Shown: positions 1-10,562 of the stretch, in pieces
How positions within the stretch are numbered: position 1 is the stretch's first letter
Layout of the letters: every line of letters begins with the position of its first letter
Assembly: GCA_964019425.1 (NCBI GenBank)
Contig: OZ025799.1
Coordinates: 744,001 to 808,000 of the forward strand
DNA from: Flectonema sp. DT1601
Lineage: Eukaryota
Length of the DNA stretch: 64,000 bases
Direction of reading: 5' to 3'
Position numbers and translations under genes: made by a program
Notes under the pieces: generated by a model
The model's database searches: none
Told to the model about the DNA's origin: nothing
What the model saw: only the letters and a program-made list of their open reading frames with translations

Positions 1-486
1 CATTCGTAAGTTTGATCGCCAAGTTGTTGGGTCACAAGATGGGTCTGTCTTTACCATAATCCCAGCAAATACGGAACGGTAGATCTCAACGTGATTTATT
101 GAAACACTTGTTGTCGCACCTCCAACTCCGAGTGCCCCACCCAACCGAAACCCATACGGGTGGTCCTTCAAGTCTTCACCTGTTCCTGTCACAGTGACGT
201 CTGAACACCTTTCCACACTAATTCCATAATGCCATGGTTTGGTAGTAACTACACCACCACAGTTCTTGATCACAGCTGAGTGCAGGTTTGTAAACTTCAT
301 CGGTCCCCTCATGTAAGCCGCCTCAACGCAGACCGTTCCCGATGCAAACTTTCGCTGAAGACCGTTGAACTCGTAATCGTTCGCTAACAACACCGCACCA
401 CATCCACACCGTTGCTTGTCTTCATCAGAAAGAACAGCAGCGACTCCAGTGAACAGAGTAGACAGTACTACGGCTGAGGTCTTCAT
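1..486 (-). CDS. Secreted right-handed parallel beta-helix (pectate-lyase-fold) protein, 5' part only, runs off window start
   Basis: Not in the ORF track. Manual translation from ATG 486 gives 162 open codons: MKTSAVVLSTLFTGVAAVLSDEDKQRCGC...VIKNCGGVV...VTGTG...YGFRL...INHVEIYRSVFAGIMVKTDPSCDPTTWRSNLRM. Signal-peptide-like N-terminus, and motifs I recognise from Bacteroidota beta-helix proteins. Confidence 0.7.
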   Translation of the reverse strand, partial: MKTSAVVLSTLFTGVAAVLSDEDKQRCGCGAVLLANDYEFNGLQRKFASGTVCVEAAYMRGPMKFTNLHSAVIKNCGGVVTTKPWHYGISVERCSDVTVTGTGEDLKDHPYGFRLGGALGVGGATTSVSINHVEIYRSVFAGIMVKTDPSCDPTTWRSNLRM

Positions 487-695
487 GTTGCTCAACAAGA
501 TTTTATCTGAAGAATAAGTATTTAGATAAATTACTTTTCACCTGACGAACGAGAACACAAACCAACCAATAACAAATTATCTGAACTATTAATAATATAA
601 TTGGACTTGAACTGAATAAGAAATAATTAATTATGAAGAAACCACTAAAGAGGATCACATTAACTCTAAAGAATACAAATAAAGTGTTCAGCTGA

Positions 696-1640
696 CTAAT
701 CGTTGAGATCTTTTGTTCGATCTTCAGAAGTTGATCTGCGTTGAGGGACACTTCGACTCCTACTCCTTGCACGAGCCCTGGCAAGACTATTGCTTCGCGA
801 TTTGAGTTGTCTATTTATATAGTCCTTAATCGGTTCAACCCCTCCTCCGGTTCGAACAAAAACCTCACCTGCGGAATTCGCTCTGAGAATGAGTCGCTTC
901 CCATCATGTGGAGTAAGGGTATAAGTACAATAATCAACTTTTTTTAAATGCTGCAAAAGATTAAATTCCTTCAAACTAGCATCAATCAAGGCTTGCTGCT
1001 GTGATGCAGATGGAGGTGGCGCAAATGTTCGTTTTGTCCGAGTGGCAAGACCAGCATCAGGAGTATCTATGAGGTCAGAAAGTTTTGGTTCTTTTTTTTT
1101 TGGTTTTCGACCACGTGGACTACTCTTGGAACTGTAAGCCAGAGTCTTTAAATCGAGAATATGAACTCTTAGGTGAGCTACTTCGTTAACAGCGATGGCA
1201 TTTTCTTCAAGTAATTCTTTATTATGCTTTAGAAGAGAAGGTATTCTCCTTGATTTACCTGTCAATACTTCTATTCTCTCTCTTAAAATAGCATTCTGTG
1301 CCATTATTGTATCAATCGCCATGTTGGTGTCAGCGGTGGTCAGGTTGGAGCGAAGTTGCATATTTTCTTCTTTCAATTTCCTATTATCTCTTTGTAATGT
1401 TATCACTTCTTTTTTTGCTTTGTTAAGAAGAGATGCTAAAAGAGCTACTTCATTAGCAGATACGTCGCAGTCGTCATCAGTTCTGGTTGCCTTATTGCTT
1501 TGTTCAGGTGTGACTGAGTGTTGTCGTTTATCACTTAATCCACCTGTCCATTTTGGCATCACCAATGCTTCGTCATCTGAATCAGAGTTGCTGCTGAGAT
1601 CCCATTCGAGTGTCTTTGGGATGGGTCCACCCTGTCGCAT
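696..1640 (-). CDS. Coiled-coil protein with C-terminal GAS2/GAR-like microtubule-binding domain
   Basis: 314 aa ORF with heptad-rich middle. C-terminal GKRLILRANSAGEVFVRTGGGVEPIKDYINR resembles the GAR motif VRVGGGW..L..YL. Confidence 0.6.
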   Translation of the reverse strand: MRQGGPIPKTLEWDLSSNSDSDDEALVMPKWTGGLSDKRQHSVTPEQSNKATRTDDDCDVSANEVALLASLLNKAKKEVITLQRDNRKLKEENMQLRSNLTTADTNMAIDTIMAQNAILRERIEVLTGKSRRIPSLLKHNKELLEENAIAVNEVAHLRVHILDLKTLAYSSKSSPRGRKPKKKEPKLSDLIDTPDAGLATRTKRTFAPPPSASQQQALIDASLKEFNLLQHLKKVDYCTYTLTPHDGKRLILRANSAGEVFVRTGGGVEPIKDYINRQLKSRSNSLARARARSRSRSVPQRRSTSEDRTKDLND

Positions 1641-1843
1641 AATGATGGTAAACCTGATGTGTGAATTAATAATAAAATATCTTATCTTTGATTTTTTATA
1701 TGAAGCTTTGCGAGCACACGAATCGTACTTTTGATTGAACCTAAAGGATAGTGGAAGATCCGAGTAAAGACCTTCTTCAACGGATTTTTAAATCTTTTTT
1801 TTTTTTTTTTTTCTCTCGAACCACTCACGCTGATCAATATCAC

Positions 1844-3637
1844 TTAAGCCCAAGTGTCGTACTGAATTCTTTTATATTTCTTCAATTCATTTACAACATC
1901 ATCAGCTTCTTCTTCACTACAATTTGAATATTTCATTATACAATAAACTACAGCCTTAGTGACTGACTGAGGCATGTCTTTTGAAGTACCACTGATATAT
2001 AAGAAACCATCATTCTGTAAGAGAACTTGTGGAATAGTTGTTAATAGTTTGGAATCTTTCCTGATTAGGTCTTGGCAGTAGAATTTTGATTCACCGTCTC
2101 TTGAGTATGCTTGTCTTTGAGTGAGCCAGTGATTGTCTGATTCAACGGTATTAAAATAAGATTGATATATATCATCTATTCCCTTGTTTCGACATCCTCT
2201 AATGAGGGTCAGTTTTCCTGTTGTTGCAGAACGGAAGTTGTCATACCAATGTTTTATAAGAGAAGTACATGGAGCTACACCAGTACCAGGTCCAATCATC
2301 ACGACTGGTGGAACATCTTCAGCACTAGAGCTACAGTCAACAACAGGTAACGAAACTGTTGGTGAGTGAACTGACATTGTTAATTGATCAGAAACTTTAA
2401 GATCTCTCAAATATGTTGAACAAAGACCTGTTTTAGATCTTCCATAAGGTGTTTTGTATTCAACTACAGCAACAGTAACTGAAACAACATCAGACAAAGG
2501 AGATGATGAAATCGAGTATTGTCTACACCTAACAGTAGGAATGCATTCAATAACCCAAGCTAATGAAATATCAACTAATTTAAAGTCCAACAGTACTTCT
2601 AAATAAGAACGTCTTTCTCTGGTACAATAAAATCTTAGTTCTTCAGCCCCATCTGCTGATCCCAATTCAAGTAACTTTTCGTGTTCTTCAGGGTTACATT
2701 TCATTGTTGACAGTCTTTCGAAGAAACCTCTTGTTGGAACTCCCAACATGTCTAATTCTTTAGAAAATAGTTGTCTTGTTGTAACAGTTTTCCCAATCAA
2801 ACCGCATCCCTCAATCGGTTTTAGTGGTATTTCGTTATTCGATGATATAGTGATGACCTCATCACCTGTGAGGTTGAGTCGTAAAAGCATTTTGTTCACG
2901 TCATTGTTTGGAATCACAGGATGAAATCCAACTGATGAACAAGGCTCTAGACCAAACACTTGATTATTATGAGTTGATTTGAATTCGATGTGACGAATAT
3001 CTTGAAAGTGATCTGTTGGAGTTATTCTCTCATTTGATGTAACAGTGACAGGGAATGAAGTACTATCGTATTGATGTGGTGATAGAGGACGATGGTTTGA
3101 TGTATGAATATCAACAATAATACGAGATTCAGATAACGCACGCTGACGTACGTCAGTTGATGTTATCGAGACGTATGGTGATAGAACTGGTAGTGTTCGT
3201 GATATCCATTCATGAAGACCATCATCAAGTCCGTTGACATCTTGATCGTCAGATAATCCTTTGTCTGATATTGGTGATGCTCCAAGTTGTTTTAATCTAT
3301 TAAATAACATCTTTCCGATGTAATTATATTTATCGTAGCTGCTGTCACCCATTCCTAGGACGCTGTACTTACAGCCGTCGAATTTCTCACAGCTTTTCCT
3401 CCTCAATTCTCCCCACACCTGTTCCATGTTCTTAGGAGCGTCACCTTGTCCAGTAGTGCTTACAATAAATATAACTACCTCACTCTCTCGTATTCTTTTT
3501 GAACCAAAACTATCCATGCTTCCTACAACCGTTCGAATTCCAGCAGCAGCTGCTTTTCTTGCAAATTGCCAAGCAACACCAGCAGCATTTCCTGTTTCAG
3601 ATCCAAACAGGACCGGAATGACACGATCTCCGGACAT
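1844..3637 (-). CDS. NDOR1: NADPH-dependent diflavin oxidoreductase 1 (Tah18-like)
   Basis: Flavodoxin motifs LFGSETGNA, STTGQGDAP and LGMGDSSYDKYN. Also RITPTDHFQDIRH, RQYSISSS, MIGPGTGVAP and terminal YDTWA. No N-terminal membrane anchor, unlike CPR. Confidence 0.9.
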   Translation of the reverse strand: MSGDRVIPVLFGSETGNAAGVAWQFARKAAAAGIRTVVGSMDSFGSKRIRESEVVIFIVSTTGQGDAPKNMEQVWGELRRKSCEKFDGCKYSVLGMGDSSYDKYNYIGKMLFNRLKQLGASPISDKGLSDDQDVNGLDDGLHEWISRTLPVLSPYVSITSTDVRQRALSESRIIVDIHTSNHRPLSPHQYDSTSFPVTVTSNERITPTDHFQDIRHIEFKSTHNNQVFGLEPCSSVGFHPVIPNNDVNKMLLRLNLTGDEVITISSNNEIPLKPIEGCGLIGKTVTTRQLFSKELDMLGVPTRGFFERLSTMKCNPEEHEKLLELGSADGAEELRFYCTRERRSYLEVLLDFKLVDISLAWVIECIPTVRCRQYSISSSPLSDVVSVTVAVVEYKTPYGRSKTGLCSTYLRDLKVSDQLTMSVHSPTVSLPVVDCSSSAEDVPPVVMIGPGTGVAPCTSLIKHWYDNFRSATTGKLTLIRGCRNKGIDDIYQSYFNTVESDNHWLTQRQAYSRDGESKFYCQDLIRKDSKLLTTIPQVLLQNDGFLYISGTSKDMPQSVTKAVVYCIMKYSNCSEEEADDVVNELKKYKRIQYDTWA

Positions 3638-3918
3638 TATTTATGACGTCGGCGTCCTGTATAAAATATATTTATTCTGATTTGAATACATTTATTTTTT
3701 AACAACTTTTTTTTCGTTGCTTCGCATTATTAATATAGCTGTTGAATGAAAGAGAGGAATATATGAACATCAGTTGAATAAAAAATAATAAAAAATAAAT
3801 ATTTGTACGAAAACAAACCGAGTAACAGACAAGTGTACACGTGTCGTTTAACTTGTCTAAAAAAATCGAGAACGATTAATTGAATACCCTTTTCGGGGTA
3901 AATGTTTTTTTAAGTACG

Positions 3919-4929
3919 CTATTTCTTCTTCGTAGCAGCAGCGTCGTTAGGTTTTGCAAAATCTATTTCAACAGTCGAATCGAGATACTCTTTACCATTC
4001 CATCCTCCGAATATTATTATCTTTGACTCAACCGAACACGATGTGTGGTACCTTCGTGGAGGTAGAGGCCAGTCTCCAGAAATTGTGCTTGCTTCCCAAC
4101 TAGAGGTAGACAGTTGATTGTATGGGATTTCCCAAACATCGGATAACTCAATGCCATTGTATCCCATTATTACGACGAGTATGTTTTGTTCATTAGAATT
4201 TATTAAATGACATCGATGACTGTTTCGAGGTGGTGGTACTCGAGGTTGACGTGGTTCCTGAACCCAAACCGATTCCTTAATATTAAAAGTAAACAAACTA
4301 CCACAATGTGTTTCTCCAAATCCTCCGAATAATATTAACTTACTCCCATTAGAATCAACAACCATTGTTTGGGCATCAGTTGGAGGAGGTACACATCCAG
4401 AAGTTGATATCGACTTCCAGGTTAAAGTCTCAGGTGAGTAGATGTGTAGATCATTAAGTCTTGTTTTTCCATCCGTACCTCCAAATAAATAAAGAAATCC
4501 ACCATCTGAACACAATGAAGCCCCACATCGAGGTGTTGGTGAGTTATTATGATTGTGTTTTATCCAAGTGAGTTCCTGTGAATCTGGTGACTTAAGAGAG
4601 AGAGACCACATATCATTATGAAGTTCATATTTAGTATCTTGACCCCCCCATATGATTAAGTTCGAATCATCTGAGGTGCAGTAGGCCATGTTGCATCTCG
4701 CTCCTGGATTGTCTTTGGATGTAACGATGCTCTTGGTCCATTTTTTATTAATCAAATCGTATCCCCATACTTCACTTGAACATATTCCTTCATTACCCAA
4801 CCAACCTCCATAAACAATCATAGTTTTCTTTCCATCAGGGTCTATTATTGCAGACGCTGCCTCAGCCACTGCTGGTGGTCCCGTTCCTAAGGAATCAATT
4901 AGTGTACTTTGACGATACGCCTCAGTCAT
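3919..4929 (-). CDS. Kelch-repeat beta-propeller protein
   Basis: Repeated (Y/W/F)GG...W motifs (IVYGGW, IWGGQ, LFGGTDG, LFGGFG, IFGGWNG). Likely start MTEAY at 4929, although the ORF track starts at 4992. Confidence 0.85.
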   Translation of the reverse strand: MTEAYRQSTLIDSLGTGPPAVAEAASAIIDPDGKKTMIVYGGWLGNEGICSSEVWGYDLINKKWTKSIVTSKDNPGARCNMAYCTSDDSNLIIWGGQDTKYELHNDMWSLSLKSPDSQELTWIKHNHNNSPTPRCGASLCSDGGFLYLFGGTDGKTRLNDLHIYSPETLTWKSISTSGCVPPPTDAQTMVVDSNGSKLILFGGFGETHCGSLFTFNIKESVWVQEPRQPRVPPPRNSHRCHLINSNEQNILVVIMGYNGIELSDVWEIPYNQLSTSSWEASTISGDWPLPPRRYHTSCSVESKIIIFGGWNGKEYLDSTVEIDFAKPNDAAATKKK

Positions 4930-7390
4930 TTTTGTTTGGTGTGTTGTGTATACCTTAAATGAGTGTTTTATTTGGTTACAGGTGAAAGCCATTCAAATAG
5001 AGGGACAATACCTCGTTTTAATACAGGGTTTTTTAGATATTCTTCTCCCTCCTTTATTTGGTAAGGGTTAACTTGCATGAGAATTATAAATTTGAAAAAA
5101 AAAAAACAGAGAAAAAAAACCGGAAAAAAAACGTGAATAACAACCCAGCGGATCATAGTATTGGTGTAGTAGCGAGAGGGCGCGCGCGCCGCGCACGACC
5201 AACCGTTTTTATGATACAAAAACTGACGTAGTACCGATCCCACTACAAGCACATTGCATACAAATAAAATATAATAGAAGAATAAAGGAATTTTTAGTTT
5301 TTTTTTTTTTTTTATAAAGAAGTGGAGAATTCGCGTTTTAGCAGAAACGTAGTAGCAACGTAAAGAGTAAAAAAAAAAAAAGAGAAGGGAGAGAGAGAGA
5401 TATACCAAATTTTATTATAACAAAATAGAAAGAACAAACAACAAAAGCATCCCTTTGAACACCTAATGATAAAATGCAATTGGCCAAATTGTTTTCTGTG
5501 TAAAAAAAATAAAATATTTTGACTTTTTTTTTTTTTTTTTTTTAGATAGTCAGTCTTATTAGAATAGGCGATAATTCCGATAATACGAAGCTGAGAGAGG
5601 AGAATTTACTTTACAATAATCTCCTTTCAAGGACGTACTAAAACAATTAGATAATTACACTCAATGACTGGGATTGGTGTTGGATTGGCAAAAACATATT
5701 GGGAATCCGTCAGAGAGTCGCAGATTAGAAAACCTACGAGGAACTGACTGAATGATCGCATCAAAAAAAAAAAAAAAAAAAAATCGAGTAAGAGTCACAC
5801 TGAGGCAACAACTTTCATAAAACAACATCGCACGCAAAAACCACAAGTGTGAAGGGAAAACCTTAATAAGAAAAAATCAATATCATACATGACACAAAAA
5901 AACTAAACAATTTTTTTTTTTATTTTTTTTAATATAAATTAAAGGAACTCTCTCTGCTTAATTTGATCTTCAAAAAAAATTAAAAAAAAAATTTAAAAAA
6001 AAGTGCAAAATATGTTTAATTTGCATATTTTTATTGTTTTAAAGCCTTTTTTACACAACGTAATACAAGACGTGGATATCGACGCCATCGCATTCACAGT
6101 TTGCGGATCATATCGTAGCAAGCAGTGCAGTTGCTCTAACTATTCTTTTTTTTTTTTCTTCTAATTTTGTATTTACATACGCAGAGTCAATATGCCAGTC
6201 CATCTGTTTTGTCCTCCGTGTGGTAAATTCTACATATCGTCGTATTTCTCAAAAAAAAAAAAAGAACTTCACCAAAGTAACATGAAAACCAACACAAAAT
6301 TGTTTTGATAAAACATCGGCAAGCGTGTGAAGGCGAATTACTATTACGGTGCAGCAATATAATTACTTGTCACTAACAGACCAATAAAACAATCGTTCTA
6401 ACAGCAAAAGGCTGCGTGTAAAGTGAAAGAAAGTTTTTATAGCACAATCACGTAGCAGATAATAGTAAGACGGCACCTTAGCCTTCGCTAGGCTTCGTCT
6501 TTTCAATTTGGTTTGTTAGTACGAATGTGTCATGAATGGTTCATCCTTTTGTAGTCGTTTTAGTTGTTTTCTTTTAAGTTGATTACTTTGCTTGTTTGTT
6601 TGTTTGTTTGTTTTTTTCTTTTCTATCGTTTTACATGCTGAGCAGTATTTTGCTCGCTGCTGCACTCGGTTAGTCTGCTACCCTCACTGGGGATAAAGAA
6701 AGCGGTGTGCTTATTTCACGCCTTCGTTTTAATTTTTTTTTCTATTTTTTTTTTTTTGTTATTGTTGTTGTTGTTGTTGTTGTTGTTTGTTATCGTTTTA
6801 CCTCTACGGCATGTAGTCGAAACTAAGATCCACAAGACGTAATATTGATCAGTCGTTTTATAAATAGCACACAGCTGATTATGAACCCAAGCAAATATAA
6901 AATTAGAGAAAAAGAGAGAATCATATTAAGAGGACAAGAGGAAATACATGTGACCCTCTATAATAGTTTTTATGATCTTTGATCACAACAAAATAATAAG
7001 AAATGAAGGAGAGAACAATATTGAGAGGACGAAGCACCGGTACAAGCCGTGGCTCTCTCTTTGTTTTTAATGAACTGAAAAAAAATAATTTTAAAAAAAA
7101 AAAAAAGGAAAGGAAAGGAGGGCGGAGAATTCTATTTCACAGAAAGAAGGGAAAGACTTATTCCAACACTACCAAAAAATGAGTTTTAAAAAATAAATCA
7201 ATGATCATCAAAGGGACGTGGACGATATAATCTATTGTTGTTTTCCTCATAAAAAAGATCAACAAGCTGCACGTTTTTTTTAAAATAAGAAATCAACAAC
7301 AATAGATGACCAATACAGCGTTATCCTCATCGTGAATGATTAAAAAGAAAACAGTCAGCCAATGACAATATAATAATAAAACAACATATT

Positions 7391-9352
7391 CTAAGCAAAG
7401 CTGTGCTTCATACTCAATAGAGCGAGTGGGGCAATATTAAGAACAGCAACCTTCGCAAAGAAAAACAAATAAGTTCCATCACAAGCGCTGCTGTCTTGAT
7501 AAGCAAGTTCGAGGAACAGACCAGCAACAGCTAGAAGAAGAGTTTTTCGAAGTAACGATTTCTTTCTTGCTTGCTGAACGTATCCAAGAATGGCAGTGGA
7601 AAAAGGATAGCGATTGTAGTGGGTGGGTGTTGTGACGAGAGCTCCTGCAATAACAATATAAAGAACACCTCTAAGAGACCATGCAACATCAAAAAATATG
7701 AATATAGAAACAACAGTTAACAACCGAGTTAGATTTCGATAAAGACTCCAAAAACACCAACGTGATCCTTTATATGGAACTGCTGCGAATGATGACATCG
7801 CTCCAAGAACACAAATTCCAAAGCAAAGCAAAGTTGAAAATGCAGCCTTTGCATATTCACCTCCGCTATGCATACCTGCACCATACACTAACGCAAGTAA
7901 ATTAATGTCTTGAAATGGTCTAATTGGTTTTGGTTTTAATGCTTCGGACCAATTTTCTAAGTGCATCACGTGAGGTAGAAGAGCTCCAATCAAGACACCA
8001 ACAGATGTAGCCATTACTACGATTCCTTTTAATATTACTATTCCGAAGAAGTCAGGATTTAACGGATCTGCTTCACAACGTGACACGACATCCTTCGCAG
8101 CTTCTACAAATACCAACGACAATACAGGAGTGGTCATTCGTATAAATGATCTGGTTTCACCCGACATCATTGTAACAATAGTTAACGTAGCCGCAGTGTA
8201 ATATGGAGTAGAAGGTGTGATTACAGTAAAGGCAAACGACGCAACAGTTTTATAAATAGAATTCATCACCAAGGCAGCCAATACTACTCCGCAGGGAATA
8301 GCAAGTTGGTTTACCTGGTCTTTGGTAAATTTTACTGGAGTTGAACCAAATTCCCAACATCGTTGTTTCCATGATTCAGTCATAACTCCGTGGTATCTAG
8401 TGCACTTACTGTGAGAATAATGAAATGAGACTCTACCTGCTATGGATTCACCGCAGAGCATGCAAAATTGATAACCGCATTTGACGCATGTCATGTGGTT
8501 GCATCCATCACGTAATTCTATGATACTACGACAGCCATGACATGGTGCTCTCATGTTTCCTGCAGCTACCCACTTTCTAAAATCAGGGTCAATAATCTGA
8601 GAACATTCCCTTCCTGGATGGTTTGCTTGTTTACATTGAAAACACGATTCAGTTCCGCAGTCTTCACATTTTGAAGTTCTTCTCTCACTGATATCTGACC
8701 AAATCTTACCTGCAGACAGTGCCCTGTGCATACCAACACCAGAAGCAATACAACAAATAATAAATGACGCACAGAGAGTTATAATATCCCAATGTCGATT
8801 TATGGTTTCGGACGAAAAATTTGACAATTCGATTTGTTCAGAAGCTGTACACGTTACAGTCGTTAAGAGAGACTCTGTAGGACAAGTATTCATATCAGAG
8901 TACGAATGTTGCCATATAGGAAGTAATAAGAAGCTATATATGTGTAGTAGACCAGCTGATATCACTCCAGCTGCGAATGGAACAGTTGCTCTGATGACAG
9001 ATCTGAGTATCGAAAGGGAAGTCATGTTTGTTTTATATCCAAAAACAGGTTTTCCACAGTGAGGATTAATGCACCACCTCATTTGGGGATTGGCTTCTAA
9101 TTCTTGAGCTGCTTTATACTTTTTATACTTCGACATGATTTCAGGACCAGTAAACCGAGTGCAATCATCTTCTGAAACACTTGTTGGACACTGCAACTCA
9201 ACGCAGGGTATTTCGACAACTCCTTCATTCACTTTTGATTTTACGTACGCTCCCCAACAACCAAAACAACATCCATGATCTGAACACCCTTCAAGACAAA
9301 CAATAAGACCTTCACCAAGACAGACTCTACATTCTCCTGTTATGATTTCCAT
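7391..9352 (-). CDS. RBR (RING1-IBR-RING2) E3 ubiquitin ligase with multiple transmembrane segments
   Basis: RING1 CRVC...CSDHGCCFGC...CVELQC. IBR halves RWCINPHC and KCEDCGTESCFQCKQANHPGREC. RING2 CHGC...GCNHMTCVKCGYQFCMLC with catalytic Cys. Hydrophobic C-terminal half. Confidence 0.85.
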   Translation of the reverse strand: MEIITGECRVCLGEGLIVCLEGCSDHGCCFGCWGAYVKSKVNEGVVEIPCVELQCPTSVSEDDCTRFTGPEIMSKYKKYKAAQELEANPQMRWCINPHCGKPVFGYKTNMTSLSILRSVIRATVPFAAGVISAGLLHIYSFLLLPIWQHSYSDMNTCPTESLLTTVTCTASEQIELSNFSSETINRHWDIITLCASFIICCIASGVGMHRALSAGKIWSDISERRTSKCEDCGTESCFQCKQANHPGRECSQIIDPDFRKWVAAGNMRAPCHGCRSIIELRDGCNHMTCVKCGYQFCMLCGESIAGRVSFHYSHSKCTRYHGVMTESWKQRCWEFGSTPVKFTKDQVNQLAIPCGVVLAALVMNSIYKTVASFAFTVITPSTPYYTAATLTIVTMMSGETRSFIRMTTPVLSLVFVEAAKDVVSRCEADPLNPDFFGIVILKGIVVMATSVGVLIGALLPHVMHLENWSEALKPKPIRPFQDINLLALVYGAGMHSGGEYAKAAFSTLLCFGICVLGAMSSFAAVPYKGSRWCFWSLYRNLTRLLTVVSIFIFFDVAWSLRGVLYIVIAGALVTTPTHYNRYPFSTAILGYVQQARKKSLLRKTLLLAVAGLFLELAYQDSSACDGTYLFFFAKVAVLNIAPLALLSMKHSFA

Positions 9353-9737
9353 CTGTTTCGTGTATACTGGTTGGATGATATAGTCGGGTTAGAAGGTTAT
9401 GTTGGTCTTATCTCTTTTTTTGACAACAAGTCCACCTAATAAAGAGAATAAAAAACATAAAACTACAACAACATCACATTAAAGTTTAGCTTACAGACAC
9501 AGAGGAGGGGGCAATAAATTTGCTTTTTCGTGTCGATTTTTTTTTTTTTTTTTTTCGTTATTTAAAATTGTAAAAACTAAGGGGGAAAAAAAAATAAAAA
9601 ATAAAATAAAAAAATATGTTTCCAACAGAAAATGAAACATAAATAAAAATTCCATTCTCGAATCCCAACAGTTATCGTTTTTTTTTATTCATTTTTTTTA
9701 TTGTTTTAGTGTCAACAGAAATGTGTTTTGCAACCTC

Positions 9738-10562
9738 TTAACGAGAGAGTTTCTTATTTTGGATTGGTTGCGGAACATCAATCATGTCATCAACTGCGTT
9801 TATGATCGCTCTTTTTAATAAAGGAAGCAACACATCTTTATTAGCAACATCACTACCTCCTCTACAAGCAGAATCATGAATAGCTAACAGATGCGTGGGT
9901 TTGATTAAGTTTGAAGGCAAACCAATTGACTCTAGCAGTGGAGGAAGCACTGATAACATCCTGTCACTGGATACTAGTTCTGGCAAGTTAAACTCCTCTA
10001 TTATATCAGGAAATGGTCCTGAAATTAACGGAGCACATCGAATATTAATAAGCAACTCAATGTTAAGTGAAGGCCATATCTTTTTTCTCTCTTTATACCT
10101 GGCGTTAAGAACCGACAATGCATTGCTATTTACTGAACTGGTGTAGTTAATAATTTCATTATTTCTAATAGCTTCGAATGTGATAACTGGATGCGGGTCT
10201 ATGAGTGTTGCTTGCTTTATGGTATTCCTGAGATCTTTTGTTTTTGTAATCAAATTTCCATTTACTTTTAATATTTGATCACCCACTTCCAAGTTTTCAC
10301 TATTTCCTATAACACTTACGACTGTGAGTGTAGTATCTATGTCTACTCCCAGTGATCCTAGTTCATAATTTAATTTATATATTCCATACAGCAGAGTAAT
10401 CATACAGCATAAGTGTTCTGACTTTTTACCTGACTTGTTGTACGTCCCACACCATGCAGCACATGCTGCAGCTATGACTACTCTGTGAGTTCTGTAAAGC
10501 ACTAAATCTTTCCATGCCAAGGCGTATCCACTGCATACCGCTGCTGCGAGTAGTAGTGACAT
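9738..10562 (-). CDS. Membrane-associated PDZ-domain protein
   Basis: Hydrophobic N-terminus, then GSLGVDID...LEVGDQILKVNG...ITFEAIRN, which is PDZ-like. Confidence 0.6.
   Translation of the reverse strand: MSLLLAAAVCSGYALAWKDLVLYRTHRVVIAAACAAWCGTYNKSGKKSEHLCCMITLLYGIYKLNYELGSLGVDIDTTLTVVSVIGNSENLEVGDQILKVNGNLITKTKDLRNTIKQATLIDPHPVITFEAIRNNEIINYTSSVNSNALSVLNARYKERKKIWPSLNIELLINIRCAPLISGPFPDIIEEFNLPELVSSDRMLSVLPPLLESIGLPSNLIKPTHLLAIHDSACRGGSDVANKDVLLPLLKRAIINAVDDMIDVPQPIQNKKLSR

Noticed and set aside
1816..1830. TCGAACC (reverse of the tRNA T-loop GGTTCGA)
   Set aside because: No acceptor, D or anticodon stems around it. No tRNA or rRNA was recognised anywhere in the window.
4968..5846. Short F/K-rich ORFs here and in other spacers (e.g. 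11433-13625, 23871-24990, 36800-38893, 41830-42743)
   Set aside because: Products of poly(A)/poly(T) tracts, often with non-ATG starts and no domain signal.
6135..6180. Other GTATGT donor-like sites in spacers (here and ~31233)
   Set aside because: The implied introns are too short or have weak acceptors and no flanking coding frame, so they cannot be supported without RNA data.
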